A stretch of 64,000 bases of DNA from positions 182,765 through 246,764 of the forward strand of contig JBAZWU010000001.1 in the NCBI GenBank assembly GCA_041660185.1, in the 5' to 3' direction. Position numbers and translations under genes: made by a program. Shown in pieces: positions 10,697 to 19,882 of this stretch. The DNA comes from Elusimicrobiota bacterium (GTDB taxonomy: Bacteria > Elusimicrobiota > Elusimicrobia > 2-01-FULL-59-12). Within the stretch, counting starts at the first letter, position 1. Every line of letters starts with the position of its first letter. The notes under the pieces are model-generated. The model was given only the letters and a program-made list of their open reading frames with translations, did no database searches and was not told the origin of the DNA.

Positions 10697-11799
10697 TAGT
10701 TCGGTTCTCCTCTGCGCACGTTTTGCAGCGCCGATTCAATTTGCTGGTAAAAGCGGTCAATCATCCGCGTCATGCGGAAACGTTCCCTGATCCGGCCAGC
10801 CGCCGCGCGCGAAAGATCCTGGTTCTGGCCCAGGTTTTTCAGAAATTGAAGGCCTATCGCGGCGGCGTCCTGGCGGCCGGCGGCCGGATAAACGATGTGG
10901 CCTTCTCCAAATCCCGCCAGCGCGGAGATTTCTCCGACATCCGGAGCCATCCAGGGAACGCCCATGGCGGAAGCCTCGAGCAACGTCTGCGGGAAGCTCT
11001 CCTCGCGGGATAAGGACCAGAAGAAATCAATGGCTGAATAAAAACGACTGATCCGGTTCTCCCATCCCAGCCAATGAAGCCGGTTGCTCCAGGGGTGATG
11101 CGACGTTCGTTGTTTCAGCTCCGGTTCCAGAGGCCCCGTACCCCCCACGAGCAGATGCAGCCTGGGTTCTGCGCTCAGGAGTGCCGAGGCGAAATCGGGG
11201 ATCAGTTCCGCTCCTTTTTCCCGGTGCAGGCGCATGAGTGTTCCGCCCACGATGGCATCCTCCGGAAGGTGATATGCCCGGCGAGCGGCCGAGCTGTCCT
11301 GAAGAACCAGGACTGAATCGTCCAGACCATTTTCCAGTTTTTCAAAACGCGGCCCCGCGCGGCGGCCCAGCCGTTTCTGAAGTACCATCATGGCCTCGGC
11401 CGAATTGCAGAGAACCAGATGAGCCATCGGCAACGTGAACCGGTCCATCCAGCCGTGCCACGGTTTCTGCCAGACATCGATGGAGCGTTGACTTGAGACG
11501 ATTACGGGAATCCCGAGGATCCTGCCGGCGATCCGGCCAACCTGGTTGGCCCAGTATAAACAGGTATGAAGCGCATCCGGCTTAAACTTTCGTAATTCGT
11601 TCAGAAGAGTCGCCGGACAGACCGGGCCTTTCACGGCGACCCCGGCTTGACGGATTCGTTGTCCCATGACCCCATCCTTCCTCAGGAAGAATACCCGGGT
11701 CTCCATCGTAGCCGGAGCATGAGTGGTGATCTGGAAGAGGAAATTCTCCGTTCCCCCGCCTTCCAGACTCGTAATGAGATGGGCTATGCGCGTCGCCAT
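10696..11799 (-). CDS. Glycosyltransferase family 4
   Basis: IAHLITSLEGGGTENF N-terminal loop. SREESFPQTLLEASAMGVP E-x7-E motif. Start moved to MATRIAHL (11799) because the ORF-track N-terminus overlaps the upstream gene. Confidence 0.8.
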   Translation of the reverse strand: MATRIAHLITSLEGGGTENFLFQITTHAPATMETRVFFLRKDGVMGQRIRQAGVAVKGPVCPATLLNELRKFKPDALHTCLYWANQVGRIAGRILGIPVIVSSQRSIDVWQKPWHGWMDRFTLPMAHLVLCNSAEAMMVLQKRLGRRAGPRFEKLENGLDDSVLVLQDSSAARRAYHLPEDAIVGGTLMRLHREKGAELIPDFASALLSAEPRLHLLVGGTGPLEPELKQRTSHHPWSNRLHWLGWENRISRFYSAIDFFWSLSREESFPQTLLEASAMGVPWMAPDVGEISALAGFGEGHIVYPAAGRQDAAAIGLQFLKNLGQNQDLSRAAAGRIRERFRMTRMIDRFYQQIESALQNVRRGEPN

Positions 11800-12989
11800 A
11801 ATCTGTTCTCGAGAAAATAGGCTGAAAAAAGAATGAAAATCGGCATGAGCGGCAGCCGGTAACGCATTTGACTGGCCATGATGAGATGGATGCTCATGAG
11901 AACAAGAATGAAGGCGTACGAAGGATACAGCTCTCTCCATCGCCGCCGCGTGAGCCAGAGTCCTGCGGCCCCAGCCAGGAGGAGAAACGGTTCCGTCAGA
12001 AGACTGATCAGCGTCAGTACCCGTTGGTTGTCCTGGAACGTGACATCCTGGCGAGGGTAAAAACGCCAGAAATTGACAAAATTCGGGATCACACGAGAGA
12101 GGATCAGCCGGGGATTTTCCCGGATAAACTGCAGAGCTTCTTTTTCATAGAGGAGGTCTTGTTCCGCTTCATTTAAACCGCTGGCAGCCTGGTAAGCGGG
12201 CAATTGAGGCAGAACAGAAGCGAATCGGGTTTCGCGGTGTATGTCGTAGTATTTGACGCAATCCAGCATGGAAATGCCTCCGTGGCTGTCCAGAAAGAAA
12301 CGGCCAAAGGTGCGTTGGTTGCGTATTCCCCACCCCAGAATCGGAGTCACAAAAACAAGCATAAAAAGGACAAGGGTTTTGACGGAAACCGCGCCTGGGG
12401 AGCGGCGCCAAAGGGCTGCTCCTTCGATGGCCAGGAAAATGAGAAAAACGAGAATAAAATTGGATTTGGTCAAACAAAGCAGGCAAAAAGAAAGACCGCT
12501 CAGCGCGGCCCATCCGGCGGAACGTGGAGACTTTTTCCAACGAAGGAGAAGTCCGATGGTTATCGTGGTCCAGAAGACGATAAAACTCTCGGCGATCAAC
12601 TGGCTGTCGTAGTAGATAAAGAAAGGATAGAGCGAGGTGAACACGGCCGCGATCCAGCCGGAGGCTTCCGTGCCAAAGAGAACCTTGCCTGTCCAGAACA
12701 TGACCAGAACCAGCAGCGCCCCGGCCGCGGCCTGAGCCAGACGGGCGGCTGGCAGCGAATGCCCGGCGATTTTATAAACCCCTCCCAGAAAAAGCGGGTA
12801 GGCTGGAAGGCGGTAAGCGGATGGGCCTTCTTTCATGACATATCGGTTTTCGGAAGCGAGATGCCATCCGATCCCGTCAAAATTCTGCTCATCCCCGACG
12901 ACGACAGGCGGACGCGAAAGGCCGTATCCGGCCCGTAGGACAAACGCCAGTCCGATCAAAGCACCCAGCTTGCCAATCGTCGATGTCAT
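11784..12989 (-). CDS. Polytopic GT-C-fold glycosyltransferase-like protein (ArnT/GT39/83-like), paralogue 3
   Basis: Multi-pass protein. First-loop acidic motif VVGDEQNFDGIGW followed by YRLPAYPLFLG (ArnT/PMT-like). Start at MTSTIGKL gives an ATGA overlap with the asnB-like stop. Confidence 0.65.
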   Translation of the reverse strand: MTSTIGKLGALIGLAFVLRAGYGLSRPPVVVGDEQNFDGIGWHLASENRYVMKEGPSAYRLPAYPLFLGGVYKIAGHSLPAARLAQAAAGALLVLVMFWTGKVLFGTEASGWIAAVFTSLYPFFIYYDSQLIAESFIVFWTTITIGLLLRWKKSPRSAGWAALSGLSFCLLCLTKSNFILVFLIFLAIEGAALWRRSPGAVSVKTLVLFMLVFVTPILGWGIRNQRTFGRFFLDSHGGISMLDCVKYYDIHRETRFASVLPQLPAYQAASGLNEAEQDLLYEKEALQFIRENPRLILSRVIPNFVNFWRFYPRQDVTFQDNQRVLTLISLLTEPFLLLAGAAGLWLTRRRWRELYPSYAFILVLMSIHLIMASQMRYRLPLMPIFILFSAYFLENRLWRRA

Positions 12990-14890
12990 GGTGGGGAAGC
13001 TCCCGGCGAGTCGATATACACCTGGAACCACATCTCAAGCATCAGCAGCGCCCACAGGCGGTAGCTGTGATCGATCTGGCCTGACGCGTTTTCGTCGAGA
13101 AGCTGCTGAACGGCGGCCTGTTCAAAGAGCCCCCGGTTAGCCGTTCGTTTGGACAGCAGCGTGTCGTGCAGGAAGGGACCCAGATCTTTGCGGAACCAAT
13201 GACTCATGGGGATCACGAATCCCTGCTTTCTGCGGTTAAAAAGTCCCGAGGGAAGATCGCTTTCAAATGTTTTGCGCAGGATATATTTGCCTCCGGTCAG
13301 CCCATGCAGTTTCCAGGCAGGAGGGAAGCTTCCGGCCAGCTCGGTGAGTTCATGGTCCAGAAAGGGAGAGCGGGTTTCGAGTGAATTGGCCATGGTCGCG
13401 ATATCCATTTTAACCATCAAACATTCCGGCAGATACGTCATGAGATCCGTTAAGAGATAAGGGTCGACTCCTTCCAATCCGCTGGCGCGCTTCAGGGTGT
13501 CGAGCAGATAAGCCGGGGCATTGGCGGCTTTCCGGGCGTCCTTCATCAACGGTGTATAGAGCGATTCTTTTTGGTTTTCCTTGAAATAACAAATGGCATT
13601 CAGGTAGATCTGGTCCGGTTCCAGGGTGCTGAGGTAGAACAGACGCTTGATCCGGTGTCCCCAGGCCAGCGGCGGATGGCCGTTGGGCAGGCAGGCCGTG
13701 GCCCGGCTGAGGGCTTGGCGTAAGGGGGCGGGAACGTGTTGCCATCGCCGCGCAAAAGCCATCGCCTGATAGCGGAGATACCCCCCAAAGTTTTCATCTC
13801 CCCCATCCCCATTCAGCGCCACCGTCACGTACCGGCGGGCCATTTTCGATAGAAAATAAGACGGCAAGGCGCTGGAATCCGCGTAAGGCTCTCCGTAATG
13901 CCAGGCCAGCTTCGGCAGGACGTCGATGCTGTAAGGGTTGACGATGAATTCGTGGTGATCCGTATGGCAATGCTCGGCCACTTGCCGGGCAAACGGGAGT
14001 TCGGAATAGCCTTCTTCTTCAAACCCGATCGAAAACGTCTTGATCGGTTGGGCCGAGAGCCGGCTCATAAGGCTGACCACGATGGATGAATCCACGCCTC
14101 CAGATAAAAAGGCTCCCAACGGCACGTCCGCGATCATGCGGAGTTTGGTGGCTTCGGAAAGTTTTTCTTTCAGAGCGATTTGAGCATCGGGAAAACGAAG
14201 CGTGGTCTTGGGGGTAAACCGAGGTTCCCAGTACCGCCGGATCGAGGTTTTTCCATTCTGCCATCGCAGCGTATGCGCGGGAGGAAGCTTTTGTATCTGC
14301 CGGAAAACGGTTTTCGGGCTCGGGATGTATTGATAGGTGAGATACAAATCAATCGCGCTGTAGTCGATATCTTTGGAAACCGCCGGGTGCTGCAGCAAGG
14401 CCTTCAGCTCGGAAGCGAAGAGAAACTGGTTGCCCAGATCCGCATACACCAGCGGTTTCTTGCCGAAGCGGTCCCGGGCCATGAACAACGATTGTTCCCG
14501 TGTGTCCCAGATGGCAAACGCGAACATGCCCCGGAGATGCTCCACGCACTGTTCGCCGTATTCTTCGTAGAGGTGCAGGATCACTTCGGTGTCGCTGCGC
14601 GTCTTAAACGTGTGCTTGCCCGTTTTCTGAAGTTGTTCCCGGAGCGCCTGGAAGTTGTAGATTTCCCCGTTGAAGACGAGCCATAGACGGCCGTCTTCAT
14701 TCGTCATGGGTTGATGACCGCCGGAGAGATCAATGATGGCCAGGCGCGCGAATCCGAATCCGGCCGGTCCCCAGGTCTGCGCCGTTTGTTCGTCGGGTCC
14801 GCGGTGAGAAATCACATTTGTCATGGACCGGAGAAGGCCTTCGTCCGCTGCCGTTCCATCCTTGTTCACGATTCCGCAAATGCCGCACAT
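12986..14890 (-). CDS. Asparagine synthase (glutamine-hydrolysing) family amidotransferase (AsnB/WbpS-like)
   Basis: Ntn nucleophile MCGICGIV at the chosen start. PP-loop FLSGGVDSS. The ORF-track 39-aa N-terminal extension is rejected. Confidence 0.9.
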   Translation of the reverse strand: MCGICGIVNKDGTAADEGLLRSMTNVISHRGPDEQTAQTWGPAGFGFARLAIIDLSGGHQPMTNEDGRLWLVFNGEIYNFQALREQLQKTGKHTFKTRSDTEVILHLYEEYGEQCVEHLRGMFAFAIWDTREQSLFMARDRFGKKPLVYADLGNQFLFASELKALLQHPAVSKDIDYSAIDLYLTYQYIPSPKTVFRQIQKLPPAHTLRWQNGKTSIRRYWEPRFTPKTTLRFPDAQIALKEKLSEATKLRMIADVPLGAFLSGGVDSSIVVSLMSRLSAQPIKTFSIGFEEEGYSELPFARQVAEHCHTDHHEFIVNPYSIDVLPKLAWHYGEPYADSSALPSYFLSKMARRYVTVALNGDGGDENFGGYLRYQAMAFARRWQHVPAPLRQALSRATACLPNGHPPLAWGHRIKRLFYLSTLEPDQIYLNAICYFKENQKESLYTPLMKDARKAANAPAYLLDTLKRASGLEGVDPYLLTDLMTYLPECLMVKMDIATMANSLETRSPFLDHELTELAGSFPPAWKLHGLTGGKYILRKTFESDLPSGLFNRRKQGFVIPMSHWFRKDLGPFLHDTLLSKRTANRGLFEQAAVQQLLDENASGQIDHSYRLWALLMLEMWFQVYIDSPGASPP

Positions 14891-14892
14891 GG

Positions 14893-15954
14893 TTAGAGCG
14901 CCCCCTGGGCGATCGGCACGAACTGATTCAACAACTGAAGGCATGCGGCGGGATCTAATGTCTCGAGACAAAATTGAGGAGCCCGGCATTTCGTGAGGTA
15001 ATAACACTCACAGGAATGAGCCGGCAGCCACGGGGCTCCGCGCCCGTTGAAATCTATTTCCGCAGGGGAGGTCGGTCCAAAGAACGCGATGACTTTCTTC
15101 TGAAGCGCCAGGGCCACATGCATGCAGAGGCTGTCGCTTGTAATCACCGCCTCGCAGAGGTTCACGATGGAAATAAAGCGGGCCAGGGAGTTATCCGTGC
15201 CGGTGTCGATTAAAAAAGTTCCGGTGTTTTGCAGGAGTTGAGCGTTCCGTTCTTTTTCGTCGGGGCCTCCCAGCAGCAGCCCGCGGCGGTATCCCGCTTT
15301 CTGGAGAGCCGTGACCAGGCGCGCGGTGGCTTCCACGGTCATCTGTTTATTGATCCATCGCGGGCCAGCTCCGGTGTTGATTCCCAGAAGAGGATGCGAC
15401 TTGGGCTGCTCCTGCCGCCGAAGAAATTCCGCGGCCCGTGCTTCCTCTTCCGGATGGGGGATGAGGATCGGTTCGGTCATTTCTTTCGGAGCGTCTGTGA
15501 GTCCCAGCATTTCCAGAAGAATCCGGGGGTACGTTTTCCGGTTGGCCTGTTTCAATCGATTGGCTGTTTGGAGAGAGCCATCGGGGTCGCGGTTCAGCAG
15601 GCTCATTCCGAACCACGCCTGAGAGGAAGGGGTATAGGTGACGGTGTTGCTGTCGGTCAAATACGTCCCGAATTTCTCCCCCTTCAACCGCGCGGCCAGC
15701 GCGGCGGCCCGGCGGTCTTCATCAAGGCAGATAATCTTCTCGAAGGATTCCTTTTCCAATGCCGCCGCATCCTGTTCCCGGTCGACGATGCGCGTGATCC
15801 AAGGGTTTCGTGCCAGCAGGGGGCTGGCGGATGGAAGCGTGATCCAGGTGATTTCACAGCCGGGATACCGGTGATGCAGCGGACGGAGGATACTGGTGGT
15901 CCGAACCACATCGCCGAGCGCTCCGAGTTTGATGAGAGCCATGCGTGTGGTCAT
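14893..15954 (-). CDS. Glycosyltransferase family 9 (LPS heptosyltransferase-like)
   Basis: ALIKLGALGDVVRTTSILRPL N-terminus and ITSDSLCMHVALAL motif, both typical of GT9. Confidence 0.8.
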   Translation of the reverse strand: MTTRMALIKLGALGDVVRTTSILRPLHHRYPGCEITWITLPSASPLLARNPWITRIVDREQDAAALEKESFEKIICLDEDRRAAALAARLKGEKFGTYLTDSNTVTYTPSSQAWFGMSLLNRDPDGSLQTANRLKQANRKTYPRILLEMLGLTDAPKEMTEPILIPHPEEEARAAEFLRRQEQPKSHPLLGINTGAGPRWINKQMTVEATARLVTALQKAGYRRGLLLGGPDEKERNAQLLQNTGTFLIDTGTDNSLARFISIVNLCEAVITSDSLCMHVALALQKKVIAFFGPTSPAEIDFNGRGAPWLPAHSCECYYLTKCRAPQFCLETLDPAACLQLLNQFVPIAQGAL

Positions 15955-17699
15955 GATCGTTCGTTGATCTCCCAGATCACGACCCGCATATTTTCGAAGG
16001 TCGGAAGGTAAGGAAAGAATTCCGCGGCCCGGGCCGGATTATCCAGAACAGGGTGATAGAACGTCGGCAGCAGGGTTTTGAGATCCGGAGAGAGGTTCGA
16101 CTCGGCCGTAATAATATACGGCGGCAGGGCCGCCGTATTCTGCCATTTCAAAGACACATTCGGTACAACGATCAGTGGATGGTTGTCGAAGGCAAACGGC
16201 GGGACGGTGGCGGGGGTAATGTTGCCGTTGACAATTCCTATCGGTGTGCCCGGCCGGATGTTCTCGTTTATCCATTTTCCCGTTTCGGTCATCGTGCCGC
16301 ACCGGGCATAACGCGGCCAATCGCGGAGTTCCTTTTGAACCGGCCAGGCCAGAAGCCCGGCCGTGTAGATTCCAATCAGACAAACGGCCATCCGGCTGGA
16401 TTTCCATTTTTCAAAAAGGCCATTCAAACCCAGGGAAAGAAAATAAGCGCTTGCCGCGACGATAATCAGAGCGACTCCTTCATGCCGCAGCCAAAGCGCG
16501 TCCACCAGCCCATAGGACAGTAGCAGCCCCAAAAGAAGGGATGTCCGTGAATCCTTCCGGGCCAGGCCGTTCCAAATCCCCCGGGCGATGAGCGGCAAAG
16601 CCAGGAGACCGGTTCCGTGAATCATAAAATGTTTCAGGAAAAGAAGGGATTCCGCCAGGTTAAGTTTTCCCTGCGCATAAACATCCATATGATGATGGAA
16701 AACCTTCTGTAAAAAGGCGTTCGGGTGGAGAAACATAAATGGGTTGAAGATCATCGAGACGACGGCGGCAATTCCGAGAGCCGCTGCCAGAAGAGACTGA
16801 AAACGGTTTTTCCGCGGGTAGAGCACAAGCCACCCAAGCGGCAGGATCAGAAAAGCCAGATAATTCGTGAGAAGACAGGCCGCGGACAACCCGAGAAGGG
16901 CAGCCGCCAGCCCATACCGGGGCGATTGACGCCGGTTCGTCAGCACGATGACTGAAAGAATGATCAATAGAACACCCAGAGCATGCGGCTTGGCAAGATG
17001 ACTCTGCACAACCACCAGCCGCGAACTCAGGAAGAACAGTCCGCCGGCCAGCGCGGCCGGCAGCATCATGAACCGGCTGCCGAGGTAAATCATCAGCAGG
17101 GCGATCAGAAGATTGCAGACCGCACTGAAACCGCGTGCCCAGCGGTACATCAAGGCGATCGTGTCGGGTGCTTCCATCAGGGCTGGCAGGGAACGGACCG
17201 TCTGCAAACCCACCGGGATGAGGCGCAACCCCTCCAGAGTCCCGATGGAAGCCAGGTAAAAGGCTCCATAGGTGTACAGCTGGGGATCCCACTGACCGGT
17301 CCAGGGTTTGAATCGACTAAGAGCGGAAAGGGTCTGTTGATCATCGCTGATCACGCCGATGAGGTAGGCCCGTGAATCGCCTAAAACAGCGGAAGCCGGT
17401 ATCCGGCTCCAGGCCGGAAGGAGTTCGGACGGCGATTTGTTGACGAAGGCCCGGCGTTCGGCGTCCGAAAACGAGCCGCTTTGAGCCAGAGCCGCCTCAT
17501 AGCGTTCAAACAATTGATCGCGGCTTGAAAGAAGCGCCGGAATCTGACGGCGGAGGTTTTCCATGGATCCGAAGATCTGAAGGGATTTCGCGAGAGCCGG
17601 CGTCCCCCAGTCGAGCCCGTGGAAATGGAGCGGAAGCAGCAGCCCGAGGAACGGAATGATCAGCTGCCAGCGGTAGGTTTTACTTTTCCGCATGGACAT
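15951..17699 (-). CDS. Polytopic GT-C-fold glycosyltransferase-like protein, paralogue 4
   Basis: More than 10 hydrophobic helices plus a C-terminal soluble domain resembling the other paralogues. Start taken at MSMRKSKTYRW (17699 or 17693). Confidence 0.5.
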   Translation of the reverse strand: MSMRKSKTYRWQLIIPFLGLLLPLHFHGLDWGTPALAKSLQIFGSMENLRRQIPALLSSRDQLFERYEAALAQSGSFSDAERRAFVNKSPSELLPAWSRIPASAVLGDSRAYLIGVISDDQQTLSALSRFKPWTGQWDPQLYTYGAFYLASIGTLEGLRLIPVGLQTVRSLPALMEAPDTIALMYRWARGFSAVCNLLIALLMIYLGSRFMMLPAALAGGLFFLSSRLVVVQSHLAKPHALGVLLIILSVIVLTNRRQSPRYGLAAALLGLSAACLLTNYLAFLILPLGWLVLYPRKNRFQSLLAAALGIAAVVSMIFNPFMFLHPNAFLQKVFHHHMDVYAQGKLNLAESLLFLKHFMIHGTGLLALPLIARGIWNGLARKDSRTSLLLGLLLSYGLVDALWLRHEGVALIIVAASAYFLSLGLNGLFEKWKSSRMAVCLIGIYTAGLLAWPVQKELRDWPRYARCGTMTETGKWINENIRPGTPIGIVNGNITPATVPPFAFDNHPLIVVPNVSLKWQNTAALPPYIITAESNLSPDLKTLLPTFYHPVLDNPARAAEFFPYLPTFENMRVVIWEINERS

Positions 17700-18417
17700 A
17701 GACGGATCCCGCGATTTCCCGAAGCAGGACGGTTTTCTCCAGAGTGTGCCCGACGGAGTCCATGCACCCGGTCCACGCATCGGGTAGCCAGGGGTGCAGA
17801 AAATCGAACGGCTGAACAACGACATTCCGGAAGCCGGCGGCGCGGAATTGTCCGGCCAGAGACCAGCGAAAGAAAGCGGTTTCACTGGGGGTGTCTCCAG
17901 CCCAGCGTTTAATAATCGGAACGTTTTTCTGGATCATAATCTGGGGGTTGAGCATGTTGGGCTCGCTGAACCAGATGCGGCCGCCTCGTTTGAGTGTGCG
18001 ATAGGCTTCGGCCAGCGTCTTGGGAACATCCAGATGGTGAAGAACGGATATTCCGCACACGCAGTCAAATGATTCGTCTGGAAATGGAAGTTGTTCCGCG
18101 TCACCGACGAGGAAGCGGACTCTGGGGTTTTGGAGGCGGGCTTGGGCCCGGTCCAGCAATTCTTTGGAAATGTCCAGAGCCGTAATGGACGCCTGGGTTT
18201 GCGCTAAATAGTCTGTCCAAAGCCCCGTGCCGCAGCCGAGTTCCAGAAGGGTTTTGCTTTCCATCGGTCCGAAAAACGACTTGAGATCGTTAATTCGATT
18301 TTCCAACCGGCGAAGCCCGGCCTGCGAGTTGCGTCCCCAAAAGAAAGGAGCCTTGTCGATAATCCGGCGGCCATGGTCCCTCTCGATTTGTTTGCGAGCG
18401 TCATCGGATAGTTTCAT
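17680..18417 (-). CDS. Class I SAM-dependent methyltransferase
   Basis: Motif I LLELGCGTGLW. FDCVCGISVLHHL and GGRIWFSEPN motifs. Confidence 0.8.
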   Translation of the reverse strand: MKLSDDARKQIERDHGRRIIDKAPFFWGRNSQAGLRRLENRINDLKSFFGPMESKTLLELGCGTGLWTDYLAQTQASITALDISKELLDRAQARLQNPRVRFLVGDAEQLPFPDESFDCVCGISVLHHLDVPKTLAEAYRTLKRGGRIWFSEPNMLNPQIMIQKNVPIIKRWAGDTPSETAFFRWSLAGQFRAAGFRNVVVQPFDFLHPWLPDAWTGCMDSVGHTLEKTVLLREIAGSVYVHAEK

Positions 18418-18436
18418 CAGAAAGCGTCCTTATGCA

Positions 18437-19882
18437 TCAGCGGAATTTCTTCATGGCGTACAGACACATTTTGACCAGCAACCACCCGTGATAAAACCGG
18501 CGGATCTTTGTTGTTCCATAGGTCCGCGCCTGATACCGGATAGGGATCTCGACGATCTTGAGGTTCAGGCGGGCCGCGCCAAAGATTAAATCAAAGTCGC
18601 CAAAGGGGTCAAAATCGCCGAAAAAGCTGCGATTGGCTTTGATAGCCTGATAACTCTGACGCAAAAGCGCTTTGGTTCCGCAGAGCGTATCCATCAGCCG
18701 CTGGCTGATAATGCCGGAAAGGAACTTTCCGAAAAAGTAGTTGGCCAGCGCATTCAGGAAGCGCATGGATTTTTCCTGCATCGGATACACCAGCCGGGAG
18801 CCGTTGACGAACTCCGCATGCCCCTCGGCGATGGCCAGAAAAAACTTGGGCAGATCTTCCGGCTGCACCGTGATATCGGCATCCAGGATCATGAGGACGT
18901 CTCCCGAGGCAGCATCAAACCCTTCCCGGACCGCCTGGCCTTTCCCTTTTTGGCCCTTTTGCTGCTGTCCCCGAAGGGTCAACGGTCCTTGGTCGGTGCG
19001 GATCTTCTCCTGGATCAGCTCCCAGGTCCCGTCGGTAGATCCCCCGTCGACAAAAAGGAGCTCGGTGTTTTTCCCCATCACCGGGACCCGGTTAATAATC
19101 GCCTCGATGTTCCCTCGCTCATTCAGGCAGGGAACCACCACGGAACAACTGGACTGCGCGGGGTCTGAGACGGGAGCGGCGGCCGGCCGAGCAATCATGA
19201 AGCGTGAGAACGAAAAAGCCCGAAGGCCCGGCCAATGTGAGCAATACCGGTTGAGAAAATTGGTGATCAGCGGGATATAGAGCGGGAAAAACACGCCACT
19301 CCCCTCCCGGATGATTTCAAAACGATTGATTTCCAGGAGCTGGCGCAGGTCTTCCGAAGCGAACCAGTTTTCATCCTCGCGCGGCATCCGGAGATGAAGG
19401 GCTTTCGCCAGAGGGATAAATACCTGCCAGGCCGGGTTGAAGTAGGTGAAGACGACCCGCGTTTTGTCATGACAAACGCCCCGAAGATTCCTCAGAGCGG
19501 CCCAGAGGTCGGTCAGGTCATTGATGACGTCGGAAACAATGAGGTAGTCGTAGGAACCCCCGAGGACGTCATATTGGATATTCCGGCATTCAAAGGATGC
19601 GTCCGGGAGAGCCTGGCGCGCGCGAGCCAGAAGTTCTTCGGAGAAATCAACGCCGGTCGCTTTCCGCCCGGGGAGCTGCTTCAGCAGGTAACCGGTTCCG
19701 CAGCCGGCTTCAAGGACGGACATGCCTTCGGGGACCATCGCGCGCATAAACCGGGCCAGTTGTTCGTAATAGAAGCGGTTGCGATGAATCCAGTGGTCGC
19801 GTCTCGGCGCCAGCTGGTTCCATCGTTGGCGGACGCGCGCGTCACGCTCTAAATCAGCCGATGAAACGGGCAGGGATGTCAT
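18437..19882 (-). CDS. Bifunctional fusion: N-terminal class I SAM methyltransferase + C-terminal GT2 (DPM1-like)
   Basis: MT motif I VLEAGCGTGYL. GT2 part VVVPCLNERGNIE..LFVDGGSTDGT..MILDADITV. Start at MTSLPV gives a TAATG junction with the upstream GT-C; the alternative start is 19930. Confidence 0.8.
   Translation of the reverse strand: MTSLPVSSADLERDARVRQRWNQLAPRRDHWIHRNRFYYEQLARFMRAMVPEGMSVLEAGCGTGYLLKQLPGRKATGVDFSEELLARARQALPDASFECRNIQYDVLGGSYDYLIVSDVINDLTDLWAALRNLRGVCHDKTRVVFTYFNPAWQVFIPLAKALHLRMPREDENWFASEDLRQLLEINRFEIIREGSGVFFPLYIPLITNFLNRYCSHWPGLRAFSFSRFMIARPAAAPVSDPAQSSCSVVVPCLNERGNIEAIINRVPVMGKNTELLFVDGGSTDGTWELIQEKIRTDQGPLTLRGQQQKGQKGKGQAVREGFDAASGDVLMILDADITVQPEDLPKFFLAIAEGHAEFVNGSRLVYPMQEKSMRFLNALANYFFGKFLSGIISQRLMDTLCGTKALLRQSYQAIKANRSFFGDFDPFGDFDLIFGAARLNLKIVEIPIRYQARTYGTTKIRRFYHGWLLVKMCLYAMKKFR

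Noticed and set aside
2351-16011. Other long antisense ORFs (2351-3151, 9593-10435, 12204-12938, 15229-16011, and many of 60-170 aa)
   Set aside because: All sit opposite ORFs with clear enzyme motifs. Their compositions (R/G/P/S-rich) and lack of motifs indicate GC-driven open frames, not genes.
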